The notes under the pieces: model-generated
Told to the model about the DNA's origin: nothing
The model's input: only the letters and a program-made list of their open reading frames with translations
The model's database searches: none
In this document: one piece after another, positions 9,160-19,518 of the stretch
Layout of the letters: each line of letters opens with the position of its first letter
Numbering within the stretch: the first letter of the stretch is position 1
From: an uncultured Desulfobacter sp.
GTDB taxonomy: Bacteria; Desulfobacterota; Desulfobacteria; Desulfobacterales; Desulfobacteraceae
Assembly: GCA_963665095.1 (NCBI GenBank)
Contig: OY762069.1
Coordinates: 5,632,001-5,696,000 of the forward strand
Reading direction: 5' to 3'
Length of the DNA stretch: 64,000 nucleotides
Position numbers and translations under genes: made by a program

Positions 9160-11016
9160 ATGTCAAACAAACCAGATCCGATTAACGCCATCCGGGAGAA
9201 ACTGCGCCGCCTCTTTGCCGGAACACAGGCCGCATCGGATAAGAAACCCGGGACTCCTCTTTTAAATTTTTGGACGGTTCTCATCATTTTCTGGGGGCTT
9301 TTCTATCTGCAGCAGTCTTTTTTTGCTCCCGGGGCAGAGACGATTCCCTACAGCCGGTTCAAGCAGTCCATGGCCGAGGGCAGCGTGGATGACATCCTGA
9401 TAGGCCCTGAGAAGATTGAAGGCATTCTCAAAGGGACACCGGGGCAGAAATTCGTTACCGTCCGGGTGAATGATCCGGGCCTTGCAAAAGAGATGGATGA
9501 GCGCAAGATCCAATATTCCGGCCGGACTGAGAACCGATTCTGGGGCATCCTTCTGTCCTGGGTCCTGCCCCTTGGCTTTCTCTTTCTGATCTGGCGGTTC
9601 ACCGCAAAAAATATGGGCGGCTCAGGGGTGATGTCCTTTGGTAAAAATAAGGCCAAGATTTTTGCAGAGAGCGACACCCGGGTCTCTTTTGAGGATGTGG
9701 CCGGCATTGACGAGGCCCGGGAGGAACTGGAAGAGGTTGTGGATTTTTTAACCACCCCGGAAAAATTTCAGAAACTGGGGGGACGGATCCCCAAAGGCGT
9801 CCTTCTGGTAGGACCGCCTGGAACCGGCAAAACCCTTCTGGCAAGGGTGGTGGCCGGTGAGGCAAAGGTGCCGTTTTTCAGCATCAACGGCTCCGAATTC
9901 GTGGAGATGTTTGTGGGGGTCGGTGCGGCCAGGGTCCGGGATCTTTTCTCCCAGGCTGCGGCCCAGGCCCCATGCATCATTTTTATCGACGAACTGGATG
10001 CCCTGGGCAAGGCCCGGGGAATGAATGCCATGGGGGGCCATGACGAACGGGAGCAGACCTTGAACCAGCTTCTGGTGGAGATGGACGGCTTTGATACCAA
10101 TAAGGGGGTCATCATCATGGCCGCTACCAACCGGCCGGAAATCCTGGATCCGGCACTCCTGCGCCCCGGACGCCTGGACCGGCAGGTCCTGGTGGACCGG
10201 CCGGATATCAACGGCCGGGAAGCCATTCTGAAAATCCACTCCAGACAGGTGGTTCTGGGGGATGATGTGGATCTTTCCAAGATCGCCGGCCGCACACCCG
10301 GTTTTGTGGGTGCGGATCTTGCCAATATTGTCAATGAGAGTGCCCTGCTGGCGGCCAGAAGCAACAAGGACATGGTGGAACCCAGTGATTTTGACGAGGC
10401 CATCGACCGGGTGATCGGGGGGCTTCAAAAAAAGAACCGGGTGATGAATGCCAGAGAAAAAGAGATAGTGGCCTTTCATGAGTCCGGCCATGCCATTGTG
10501 GCCGAATCCGTTGCCCTTGCCGACCCTGTCCATAAAATATCCATCCTTCCCCGGGGGATCGCAGCCCTGGGATACACCCAGCAGCAGCCCACCGAAGACA
10601 GATACCTGATGACACGGTCTGAACTGCTCGACCGCCTGGCCGTGCTTCTGGGCGGCCGGGTGGCAGAGGAGCTGGTATTTAAAGAGACATCAACCGGGGC
10701 CCAGAATGACCTCCAGCGGGCAACGGACATCATCCGGTCCATGGTGGCGGAATACGGCATGAATGAAAAGATCGGCCTTGTCAGCTATGACCGCCCCCGA
10801 ACCCCCGTGTTTCTGCCCCAGGGGTATTCTTCTGAAAAAAATTACAGTGAAGAAACCGCGGCCAGGATGGATGAAGCGGTCTCACTGATGATGGAGGAGG
10901 CCCATCTGCGGGTGCACAAGATCCTTTCAGACAAAAGGGCGCTGCTGGATAAGCTGGCCGCACTTCTCGCCATCCAGGAAACCGTCCGGGGGGAAGAACT
11001 CAGAGCCATGATGTGA
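9160..11016 (+). CDS. ftsH: ATP-dependent zinc metalloprotease FtsH (island-borne copy)
   Basis: Two TMs, [38 protein letters not shown]. Confidence 0.95.
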   Translation: MSNKPDPINAIREKLRRLFAGTQAASDKKPGTPLLNFWTVLIIFWGLFYLQQSFFAPGAETIPYSRFKQSMAEGSVDDILIGPEKIEGILKGTPGQKFVTVRVNDPGLAKEMDERKIQYSGRTENRFWGILLSWVLPLGFLFLIWRFTAKNMGGSGVMSFGKNKAKIFAESDTRVSFEDVAGIDEAREELEEVVDFLTTPEKFQKLGGRIPKGVLLVGPPGTGKTLLARVVAGEAKVPFFSINGSEFVEMFVGVGAARVRDLFSQAAAQAPCIIFIDELDALGKARGMNAMGGHDEREQTLNQLLVEMDGFDTNKGVIIMAATNRPEILDPALLRPGRLDRQVLVDRPDINGREAILKIHSRQVVLGDDVDLSKIAGRTPGFVGADLANIVNESALLAARSNKDMVEPSDFDEAIDRVIGGLQKKNRVMNAREKEIVAFHESGHAIVAESVALADPVHKISILPRGIAALGYTQQQPTEDRYLMTRSELLDRLAVLLGGRVAEELVFKETSTGAQNDLQRATDIIRSMVAEYGMNEKIGLVSYDRPRTPVFLPQGYSSEKNYSEETAARMDEAVSLMMEEAHLRVHKILSDKRALLDKLAALLAIQETVRGEELRAMM

Positions 11017-11108
11017 GCGCACCCATTGTTGAGCGGCGGCAAGGGTGCGCGGCAGCAATAGTGTGACGCGGCCAGAAAAACCAGCGACCAGAAAAACCAT
11101 GGGAGGGC

Positions 11109-11483
11109 ATGATGAAAAAACCCAAGAAAAAAATACACCGGCTGACCAATGACAGCTTGACCAATGACAGCAAAGACGACTGGATCGAATTCGGCAAAGA
11201 AGAAGGGGAAAACTGGATTAAAAATATGTCAAATGATGACGCCTGCAGGGTGGCAATCAATGCATCGGATTTTGACGATGCCGAAGAAACCCTGAACCGG
11301 CAGGACGACTACCAGTATGACTATTTCAAGAATGATTTCAGATACAGATTTGAAGAACTCTGGTCAGCAGTAAATAAAACCTGCGTCCCTGATTGGGATG
11401 TTGAAGAATATCGGTTTTTCAAACAGGGATGGATCCATGCGGTCAGGGAATTTGGCCGGGATATCATGAATGACAATCAATAA
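11109..11483 (+). CDS. Hypothetical acidic protein
   Basis: 124-aa ORF with GGGAGG RBS, in operon orientation; no recognised motif. Confidence 0.6.
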   Translation: MMKKPKKKIHRLTNDSLTNDSKDDWIEFGKEEGENWIKNMSNDDACRVAINASDFDDAEETLNRQDDYQYDYFKNDFRYRFEELWSAVNKTCVPDWDVEEYRFFKQGWIHAVREFGRDIMNDNQ

Positions 11484-11504
11484 TGGATTCCAAGGGTAAA
11501 AAAA

Positions 11505-11910
11505 GTGGGACAATATCATCTGGAAAGCATGTTCGACCCCCGTCGAATCGCAGTGGTGGGGGCCAGTGAAAAAAAAGGATCTATCGGGCGCGCACTGATG
11601 GAAAACCTTAGGAAAGGCGGGTTCACCGGCACGATACTGCCTGTGAATCCCAGGTATGGCACCCTTTACGGATATGAGTGTGTGAAATCGGTATGCGATT
11701 TGGATCCCGGGGTGGACCTTGCCATTATCGCCACCCCCATTCACACCGGGGCCATGGCGGGGGAAGACGCTGTGTATGATGCGGCCTTCAAGCGCGCTGG
11801 CGGAAAACCGGAATATGATCATGATGGGTAAAAAGATGGGGTTTGAGGTTAAAAGAGATCCTGACACCCATGACATCAATCTCATCATTCATCTGGGAAA
11901 TAAGAAATAA
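11505..11910 (+). pseudogene. Remnant of Pat-type acyl-CoA-ligase-like/GNAT protein acetyltransferase
   Basis: CoA-binding N-terminus (FDPRRIAVVGAS...PVNP) joined to HTGAMAGEDAVYDAAFKRAG, then a GNAT-like tail (LAENRNMIMMGKKMGF) in another frame. Confidence 0.8.
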
Positions 11911-11945
11911 TGCGGCCAACCCCCAAAAAAACAGGAGAAGCAGCC

Positions 11946-12137
11946 ATGAACCTTTCACAGTTAGCAATTTTAATCCTTATCGGCGTTCTGTTCTGGGCGG
12001 CCAACAATTACGTTCCCATGGGCAAAAGAGCCCGGCAGGTGCTTACCATTATCGCTGTCATTGCCTTTGTTATGTGGCTGGGCAGTCTGTTCGGGATATC
12101 CGTGTCCGTGGGGGCTTTTGCATCGGCAATTAAGTGA
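11946..12137 (+). CDS. Small two-TM membrane protein (Thivi_2564-like)
   Basis: GGAG RBS; LIGVLFWAANNYVPM...VLTIIAVIAFVMWLGSLFG. Confidence 0.75.
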   Translation: MNLSQLAILILIGVLFWAANNYVPMGKRARQVLTIIAVIAFVMWLGSLFGISVSVGAFASAIK

Positions 12138-12199
12138 TGTCAACGGTTCAGGTCTTTTCAACACATCCATATTTATGGACAAATTTAAGGAAATTTAAA

Positions 12200-12691
12200 A
12201 TGAAATGTCATTGTATTAAAAGAGTCATTGTGGCCCTGTTTATCGGTTTAATCTTTATGCCGCCTATTAATGCCTTTGGTCAGGATGCAAACCAAGGCAT
12301 TCACCGGGACGGATATGGTTCACTGAGTAACCAAGGGCAGGATCCCGATGAAATCATACAATATGGACAGGGTATGATGCGATACGGTTTTCGGGAAACG
12401 GCAATGTCGGGCGGGTCCAATAAATACCCGGGATATGATAGAAATTTAAGTGATGTCATTGTAAGAAAGCTGAATACAGAGCAGGAAGCGTTTATCAAGT
12501 CAACGGAAACCCTCAGGCAGACAATTTATGAAAAAGAACTCTACCTGAAGGCCGAACTTGTCAAGAAATCTCCGGATACCGTTACCGCCCTGGGTATTCA
12601 AAAAGCCATCTCCGATGCCAAGGGGATGTTTGAACAAAAGATGATTGAACATATCATCCGGATGAAAAAAATCAATCTGGCAGCCGATTAA
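12200..12691 (+). CDS. Periplasmic ZraP/Spy/CpxP-like protein
   Basis: Signal peptide, YGQGMM Gly/Met patch, helical LRQTIYEKELYLKAEL...PD...QKAISD. Confidence 0.65.
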   Translation: MKCHCIKRVIVALFIGLIFMPPINAFGQDANQGIHRDGYGSLSNQGQDPDEIIQYGQGMMRYGFRETAMSGGSNKYPGYDRNLSDVIVRKLNTEQEAFIKSTETLRQTIYEKELYLKAELVKKSPDTVTALGIQKAISDAKGMFEQKMIEHIIRMKKINLAAD

Positions 12692-12807
12692 CCTGAGGAT
12701 ACGTTGATCCACACCCTGTCATAACACCACCAGTTAAGGTTTTCCCGGGTGTCTGCCGCTGGCCATGCTTTTTGTGTGGAAGACGGCAGATACCGCAGGG
12801 GGGGGGG

Positions 12808-12839
12808 GGTCACATATGACCGTTTGGAGCCATATGATC
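12808..12839. promoter_or_regulatory. Tandem palindromic upstream activator sites 2
   Basis: ggtcacatatgacc-gttt-ggagccatatgatc; first site is a perfect GGTCA-N4-TGACC. Confidence 0.7.
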
Positions 12840-12898
12840 TTTTTTCTTCCCCTTACAAAGACGTGGCATAGCATATTTCAATCTTAATTTTCCATATG

Positions 12899-12911
12899 AA
12901 TCAATAGGTTA
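12899..12911 (+). promoter_or_regulatory. IHF-binding site
   Basis: AATCAAtaggTTA matches WATCAANNNNTTR, between the activator sites and the sigma-54 promoter. Confidence 0.65.
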
Positions 12912-12938
12912 AAAAGTCTACGCCCAGATATCCTGTCC

Positions 12939-12953
12939 TGGCACGTAACGTGA
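12939..12953 (+). promoter_or_regulatory. Sigma-54 promoter with variant -12 box
   Basis: TGGCAC-gtaac-GTGA; supported by UAS and IHF geometry. Confidence 0.6.
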
Positions 12954-12995
12954 ACTGTTAGGTTCCAGGACATCCCACTTAAAGGAGAAGCGGAT

Positions 12996-13745
12996 ATGAA
13001 AAGCACAGCTAAAGAAACAGTGTACCCTCCCGGGTATTATGGTAAAAAAATGATGAGCGCCTCAGATTGGGCCGGTACGCAAATCAGACAATGGGAACGG
13101 GCCCAGGCGGAACTGAAAACAGCCAACCATTTTTCACAAAAGCAGTGTATCTGTTTATCCCGCGGGATAGGAGCCGGTGCACTGGAGGTTGCGGATTCCC
13201 TTTCAAAACTAACAGGCTACCGTGTGATCGATAAAGAGATTATCGAATATATGGCAAGGGACTCTTCTCTCACCGAGTATATCATTGCGTTTTTTGATGA
13301 GCGGTTTCCAGGAAAGATAAATGAACTGCTTGTCTCACTCTCCATTGAAAAGAGATTTTTTAAAAACGATTATGTCAAGCAGCTGGCAAAAACGGTTACC
13401 GCATTATCTCATACTGAACCGACGATATTTGTTGGCCGGGGAACCCACCTGATTCTTCCCCGTCATAACATTCTATCGGTACAATTGGTGTGCAGCAAAA
13501 AGCGCCGGATTGAAAAACTTGCCAATACACTGGGTATAGGGAACCGTGACGCAGAGGCAAAATTAAAGATCATTGATAATGACCATCATGACTTTTTCAA
13601 AAATATTTTTCTCAGGGAAACAACATCCCCGGATGAATTCGATCTGGTCATTCATATGGATCACATTACCCAGGAACATCAGGTGGCTCAAATCATCGCG
13701 TGCGCCTTTGAGCAAAAATTTAGCATCACGCTCCAGGGCAGATGA
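12996..13745 (+). CDS. Cytidylate kinase-like family protein
   Basis: ICLSRGIGAGA, YRVIDKEII, IFVGRG, FDLVI. Confidence 0.85.
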   Translation: MKSTAKETVYPPGYYGKKMMSASDWAGTQIRQWERAQAELKTANHFSQKQCICLSRGIGAGALEVADSLSKLTGYRVIDKEIIEYMARDSSLTEYIIAFFDERFPGKINELLVSLSIEKRFFKNDYVKQLAKTVTALSHTEPTIFVGRGTHLILPRHNILSVQLVCSKKRRIEKLANTLGIGNRDAEAKLKIIDNDHHDFFKNIFLRETTSPDEFDLVIHMDHITQEHQVAQIIACAFEQKFSITLQGR

Positions 13746-13955
13746 TGTGACAAAGTTAACCTTTGCTTAAAGCGATCTTCCAGGGATGACCGATCCTATC
13801 TCCTCCTAATTGTCCGGCCTTATATTTACGGTCCATGACCGGCGAACAGGCCCCCAGTCAGATGGGATAGATGCATGGCATGGTCCGGGACGCCCCGGCC
13901 ATGCTGCAAAACAACAAAGATCATTTAAAAACCCAGGTAGCGGAGGAATAATAAA

Positions 13956-14114
13956 ATGCTGTGGATCATCGTTGCAATACTGACAATTCTGTGGCTGGTG
14001 GGATTTATGAACAGCTGCACAATGGGAGGGTTTCTCCATATTCTTCTGGTGCCGGCTGTCATCATACTGGTCTTTGATCTGCTGCAGAGCAGAAAGATTG
14101 GTTCGAAAAATTAA
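13956..14114 (+). CDS. 52-aa lmo0937-like small membrane protein
   Basis: [25 protein letters not shown]...[25 protein letters not shown]; not in the ORF track. Confidence 0.8.
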   Translation: MLWIIVAILTILWLVGFMNSCTMGGFLHILLVPAVIILVFDLLQSRKIGSKN

Positions 14115-14165
14115 AAATTACGGTGGATATCCAACAAGCAGTCAAAGAAATGGAGCTTACTTACG

Positions 14166-15758
14166 ATGTCAAAAGAAATTAGATATGATGCACAAGCCCG
14201 TGAAGCCATTCTCCGGGGGGTGAGGACACTTGCAGATGCCGTTGTGGTGACCCTGGGACCTAAGGGCAGAAACGTGGTTATTGAAAAATCCTGGGGATCC
14301 CCCATGGTCACCAAGGACGGTGTCACCGTTGCAAGTGAAATTGAGATTCAGGACAAGTTTGAAAATATGGGTGCCCAGATGGTGAAGGAGGCTGCCAGCA
14401 AGACGTCTGATTTGGCCGGGGACGGTACAACCACGGCGACCGTTCTGGCCCGGGCCATCTATGAAAACGGCCAGAAACTGGTGGTTGCCGGACACAACCC
14501 CATGTGGATTAAAAGAGGGATAGACAAAGCAGTGGTCAGAGTCGTTGAAACCCTTGAAACAATGGCGACACCCACCAGAAATCACAATGACATCGCCCAG
14601 GTCGGCACCATCTCGGCCAACAGCGATGAGGCCATTGGCAATATTATTGCTGAGGCTATGAACAGGGTCGGAAAAGAAGGGGTGATTACGGTTGAAGAGG
14701 CCAAAACAACCGAGACCACCCTTGAGGTTGTGGAAGGCATGCAGTTTGACCGCGGATACCTCTCTCCCTATTTTATAACCGATACTGAAAAGATGAATGT
14801 ATCACTTGAGAATCCCTATGTCCTGATTTGTGAAAAACCCATTTCCGCCATGAAAAACCTGCTTCCGGTGCTTGAACAGACGGCAAAAGCGGGACGCCCC
14901 ATATTTATCATTGCCGAAGATGTTTCCGGCGACGCCCTTGCCACCCTTGTGGTCAACAAACTCCGCGGCAGTCTGGATGTGGCAGCGGTCAAGGCGCCCG
15001 GCTTTGGCGACAGGAAAAAAGAGATGCTGGAGGACATTGCCGTTTTAACCGGCGGTCAGGTTGTTTCCGAGGATCTGGGAATCAAACTTGAAAATATCAC
15101 CCTGCAGGATCTGGGGCAGGCAAAAAGCATCCTTATTGATAAAGACACCTGCATCATTGTTGACGGGGCAGGGTCCGGTGCAGCCCTTAAGGGCCGCGTC
15201 AAAATGCTCCGCGCCCAGGTCGAAGAGACCAGCTCAGACTATGACAGGCAAAAGCTTCAGGAACGGCTTGCCAAGCTGATTGGCGGTGTTGCCGTCATCA
15301 ATGTCGGAGCGGCCACCGAAACTGAAATGAAAGAGAAAAAAGCCCGGGTGGAGGACGCCCTGAATGCCACACGGGCGGCAGTTGAAGAAGGTATTGTTCC
15401 CGGCGGCGGCGTGGCCCTGGTCAGATGCCTTCCCGCCCTTGAGGCGCTTACCCTTGAAGGAGAGGAGCAACTGGGGGTCCGGGTGATTGCAAGGGCCATT
15501 GAAGCCCCCTTGCGAAAAATTGCCGATAATGCCGGGGTTGAGGGCGCCGTTGTTATCGATAAGGTCAAAGCGGGTCAGGGCGCCTTTGGTTACAACGCCA
15601 GAACCAATGTTTATGAGGACCTGATTGCCGCCGGCGTTATGGACCCGAAAAAAGTGGTTCGCCTGGCCCTCCAGAATGCAGCCAGTGTCGCATCAATTAT
15701 GCTGACCACCCAGGCCATGATTTGTGAAAAAGCGGATCAGACAGATAAGGAGGGATAA
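14166..15758 (+). CDS. groEL: Chaperonin GroEL paralog (no adjacent groES, no GGM tail)
   Basis: [32 protein letters not shown]. Confidence 0.97.
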   Translation: MSKEIRYDAQAREAILRGVRTLADAVVVTLGPKGRNVVIEKSWGSPMVTKDGVTVASEIEIQDKFENMGAQMVKEAASKTSDLAGDGTTTATVLARAIYENGQKLVVAGHNPMWIKRGIDKAVVRVVETLETMATPTRNHNDIAQVGTISANSDEAIGNIIAEAMNRVGKEGVITVEEAKTTETTLEVVEGMQFDRGYLSPYFITDTEKMNVSLENPYVLICEKPISAMKNLLPVLEQTAKAGRPIFIIAEDVSGDALATLVVNKLRGSLDVAAVKAPGFGDRKKEMLEDIAVLTGGQVVSEDLGIKLENITLQDLGQAKSILIDKDTCIIVDGAGSGAALKGRVKMLRAQVEETSSDYDRQKLQERLAKLIGGVAVINVGAATETEMKEKKARVEDALNATRAAVEEGIVPGGGVALVRCLPALEALTLEGEEQLGVRVIARAIEAPLRKIADNAGVEGAVVIDKVKAGQGAFGYNARTNVYEDLIAAGVMDPKKVVRLALQNAASVASIMLTTQAMICEKADQTDKEG

Positions 15759-18056
15759 ATGGTAGCGAATGGACAATCCTTTGAGGGGATCGATTCTGTT
15801 GCCGTCATCGGTAACTATCTGCCCAGGCAATGCGGCATTGCAACCTTTACACGGGATCTGGTTGAGGGCCTGTCCGACAGGGCAAAGAATACCCATTGCT
15901 GGGCGGTTGCCATGAACGACTGTATAGAGGGGTATGCATATCCTGAAAAAGTACGCTTTGAAATCAATCAGAACAAATTGGCCGATTATGGCATTGCCGC
16001 CCAGTTCTTGAATATCAGCCACACCGATATTGTCTGCCTTCAGCATGAATTCGGTATCTTCGGGGGCCCGGCCGGCAGCCATGTTCTCAAGCTTCTTTCA
16101 GATTTGCATATGCCGGTGGTGACAACACTGCATACCGTGTTGAAAGATCCCTCCCCCGAATACCGCAGCGTGATGGTCAAGCTGGGAGAGTTGTCAGATA
16201 AACTGGTGGTCATGAGCCGAAAGGCGGAACATTTTCTCCATGAGGTCTATGGGATTCCCAGGGAAAAAGTCGCCTTTATCCATCACGGTATTCCGGACAT
16301 GCCCTTTATCGACTCCAGTTTTCACAAAGACAAATTTGACGTGGAAGGCAAAAAGGTGTTGCTCACCTTTGGCCTGCTCTCGCCCAACAAGGGAATCGAA
16401 ACCGTGCTCCAGGCACTTCCGGCTGTCATCGAAAAATATCCGGAAGTGGTGTATATCATCCTGGGCACCACCCACCCCCATGTCCTGAAAACCAACGGGG
16501 ATGCCTATCGGATCATGCTCCAGCAGATGGTTCACACGCTGAATATCAGCGACCATGTCATTTTTCAGAATAATTTTGTCGCCTTGAGAGAGCTGTGTGA
16601 ATTCCTGGGCATTGCAGATATTTACATCACTCCCTATCTTGAAGAGGCCCAGATCACCTCCGGAACCCTTGCCTATGCCATGGGAACCGGCAAAGCCGTG
16701 ATTTCAACCCCTTACTGGTATGCGCAGGAAATGCTGGCAGAGGGCCGGGGGCACCTTGTCCCCTTCAACAGCCCCAATGCCCTGGCAGAACAGATTAACG
16801 CGCTTTTAGGCGATGATAACCAGCGGCATGCCATCCGGAAAAAAGCATACACATTCACAAGGGATGCGGTATGGTCAAAAGTCTGTCAAAATTATCTCGA
16901 CCTCTTCAGCGAGGTGCGGCACAACCGGATCCGGCATCCCAGACCCAGGCATTCCTATGTGTCACACATCAAAGCCATTACCCGCTTTGACCTGCCCGAG
17001 ATCAAGCTGGACCACTTGAAAGCCATGACCGATGACACCGGCATGCTCCAGCATGCCAATTATACCATTCCAGACAGACGTCATGGATACTGCACGGATG
17101 ACAATGCCAGAGCGCTGCTGGCCGCAGCCATGGGCCAGAAACATCTGCCGACCAACGGCCTTGGCCTGGATGCCTTGAGCGGCCATTACTTAGGGTTCCT
17201 CTTATACGCCTACAATAAAAAAAACGGACGGTTCCGCAACTTCATGACCTATGAAAGGCAATGGGCTGAGGAGATCGGATCCGAGGATTCCCATGGCCGG
17301 GCCCTCTGGTGTCTGGGTAAGGCCGTGGCTTTTCTGGATAATCCAGGCCATCTGGCCATGAGCACGGTTCTGTTTAAAAAGGCATTGATTGCGGCCGAAA
17401 GTTTCAGGTCCCCAAGGGCTGTTGCATTCTGCCTGGTGGGTCTGGATGCCTACCTGGACAAATTCTTCGGTGACAGTGATGCAAGAAGAATCAGGGATGT
17501 TCTGGCCCAAAGAGTATTCAGTCAGTTTTGTGAAAACAAGACCGGGGACTGGCCCTGGGTCGAGGATACCTTGAACTATGGCAATGCCAGACTCTCCCAT
17601 GCCCTTCTGGTTTCAGGTCATAGAATGAAAGATAAGGAAATGGTGACGATGGGCCTGGACAGTCTTTTATGGCTGCTCTCCATCCAGACGTCGGATCATC
17701 ATTTTGCCCCGGTGGGCTGCAACGGCTGGTATGGCAAAAAAGGGAAGCGGGCGGCCAGGTTTGACCAGCAGCCCATCGAAGCCCAAACCATGGTTGAGGC
17801 ATGTGCGGCAGCCTTCCGCATTACCCGGGACCGGCAATGGTTTGACCGTGCGGTCATCTGTTTTAACTGGTTTCTGGGGCACAATGATCTGAACATGCCC
17901 TTGTATGACCCCAAGACCGGAGGATGCCGGGACGGCCTGATGGTGGACGGTATCAACCAGAACCAGGGAGCGGAATCAACCCTTGCCTGGCTTTTGTCCC
18001 TGATGACGCTGCAGAAACTCTATGCGGATGAACTGTTGAATCAGTCTTCCCCCTGA
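15759..18056 (+). CDS. GT4 glycosyltransferase with C-terminal glycosidase-like domain
   Basis: PRQCGIATF, LQHEFGIFGG, FGLLSPNKGIE, SGTLAYA; C-terminal GYCTDDNARA, FDQQPIEA, NQGAES. Confidence 0.9.
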   Translation: MVANGQSFEGIDSVAVIGNYLPRQCGIATFTRDLVEGLSDRAKNTHCWAVAMNDCIEGYAYPEKVRFEINQNKLADYGIAAQFLNISHTDIVCLQHEFGIFGGPAGSHVLKLLSDLHMPVVTTLHTVLKDPSPEYRSVMVKLGELSDKLVVMSRKAEHFLHEVYGIPREKVAFIHHGIPDMPFIDSSFHKDKFDVEGKKVLLTFGLLSPNKGIETVLQALPAVIEKYPEVVYIILGTTHPHVLKTNGDAYRIMLQQMVHTLNISDHVIFQNNFVALRELCEFLGIADIYITPYLEEAQITSGTLAYAMGTGKAVISTPYWYAQEMLAEGRGHLVPFNSPNALAEQINALLGDDNQRHAIRKKAYTFTRDAVWSKVCQNYLDLFSEVRHNRIRHPRPRHSYVSHIKAITRFDLPEIKLDHLKAMTDDTGMLQHANYTIPDRRHGYCTDDNARALLAAAMGQKHLPTNGLGLDALSGHYLGFLLYAYNKKNGRFRNFMTYERQWAEEIGSEDSHGRALWCLGKAVAFLDNPGHLAMSTVLFKKALIAAESFRSPRAVAFCLVGLDAYLDKFFGDSDARRIRDVLAQRVFSQFCENKTGDWPWVEDTLNYGNARLSHALLVSGHRMKDKEMVTMGLDSLLWLLSIQTSDHHFAPVGCNGWYGKKGKRAARFDQQPIEAQTMVEACAAAFRITRDRQWFDRAVICFNWFLGHNDLNMPLYDPKTGGCRDGLMVDGINQNQGAESTLAWLLSLMTLQKLYADELLNQSSP

Positions 18057-18130
18057 TCAATAGAACTTGATTAATAGAACTTGGTCAATAGAACCTGATC
18101 AATAAAAGTTGGTCAATAAAAGTTGGTCAA
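18054..18130. repeat. 14-bp tandem repeat, ~5.5 copies (unit like TGATCAATAGAACT)
   Basis: Direct inspection; begins at the stop codon of the upstream gene. Confidence 0.9.
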
Positions 18131-18155
18131 GGGACTCACTATAAAGGAAAATTTT

Positions 18156-19508
18156 ATGCGCATTGCCATGCTCTCCCCCATTGCCTGGCGCACCCCGCCG
18201 CGGCACTACGGCCCCTGGGAAAAAGTGGCCTCCCTCTTAACCGAGGCCCTGGTGGGCCTGGGCCATGACGTCACGCTGTTTGCCACGGCAGATTCCATTA
18301 CGCGCAGCACCCTTCATGCGGTCTGTTCCCAGGGATATGAAGAGGATTCAGACATCATTCCCAAAGTAGGCGAATGCCTTCACATTTCTGAATTGTTTGA
18401 CCATGCCCAAGAGTTTGATATCATTCACAATAACTTTGATTTTCTTCCCTTAACCTATGCAGGCCTTACCCAGACCCCTATGGTGACCACCATCCACGGT
18501 TTTTCATCGCCTGGAATTTTACCGGTGTACCGCAAATACAATAAAAAAACCTTTTACGTTTCCATCAGCGATGCTGACCGGGCTAAGGGCCTTGACTATA
18601 TTGACACCATTCACCACGGCATCGATATAAAGGAGTTTCATTTTCAGGCCCACCCGGAGGAGTATCTGGTCTTTTTCGGCCGCATCCATCCGGATAAAGG
18701 CGCCAAAGAGGCCATTGACATCGCCCGGGCATGCGGCAGAAGGCTGATCATGGCAGGCATTATTCAGGACAGCACCTATTTTAGGGAAGATATCCAGCCC
18801 TTCATTGACGATGCCTCTGTGGTTTATCTCGGCAGTGTTGGACCCGATAAGAGAAATGACCTTTTGGGCAAGGCCTATGCCCTGCTTCATCCCATCAATT
18901 TCAACGAACCATTCGGTCTTTCCGTTATCGAAGCCATGGCCTGCGGCACGCCGGTCATTGCAAACAACCGGGGCAGTATGCCCGAACTGATCCGGGACAA
19001 TAAAAACGGATTTCTTGTTTCCGGAACAGATGAGGCTGTCTCTGCGGTGGACCGCATCAGGGATATTGACCGTGAATTCTGCCGCAGAACTGTTCTGGAT
19101 CACTTTACCATCGACGGCATGGTTAAAAAATATATCCGGGTGTATGAGCGGATTCTGGAGAGGACCCGGCGTGAAGACCACCGCCCCTGGGGCTTTTATA
19201 CCATACTGTCCGATGAGGATGCCGTGAAGAACAAAAAGATCGTGGTTTATCCGGGAAAACGCTTAAGCCTTCAGCGCCACCAGTACCGCGATGAGCACTG
19301 GTATATCGTCAGCGGTAAAGGGCTTTGGACCCTTGACGGCAAAACCGTCCCGGTGACTGCCGGGCAATCCGTGGATATCCCCAGAAAAACCATCCACAGA
19401 ATGGAAAACAGGGGCCGGGACAATCTGGTTTTTATGGAAATTCAGACCGGCGACTATTTTGGCGAAGATGATATTGAACGTCTGGCCGATGATTTCGGAA
19501 GGATCTGA
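18156..19508 (+). CDS. GT4 glycosyltransferase fused to a mannose-6-phosphate-isomerase-like cupin
   Basis: PPRHYGPWE, EPFGLSVIEAMACGTPV; C-terminal RPWG...LSLQRH...EHW...GEDDIER. Confidence 0.9.
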   Translation: MRIAMLSPIAWRTPPRHYGPWEKVASLLTEALVGLGHDVTLFATADSITRSTLHAVCSQGYEEDSDIIPKVGECLHISELFDHAQEFDIIHNNFDFLPLTYAGLTQTPMVTTIHGFSSPGILPVYRKYNKKTFYVSISDADRAKGLDYIDTIHHGIDIKEFHFQAHPEEYLVFFGRIHPDKGAKEAIDIARACGRRLIMAGIIQDSTYFREDIQPFIDDASVVYLGSVGPDKRNDLLGKAYALLHPINFNEPFGLSVIEAMACGTPVIANNRGSMPELIRDNKNGFLVSGTDEAVSAVDRIRDIDREFCRRTVLDHFTIDGMVKKYIRVYERILERTRREDHRPWGFYTILSDEDAVKNKKIVVYPGKRLSLQRHQYRDEHWYIVSGKGLWTLDGKTVPVTAGQSVDIPRKTIHRMENRGRDNLVFMEIQTGDYFGEDDIERLADDFGRI

Positions 19509-19518
19509 AAGGACTCAA

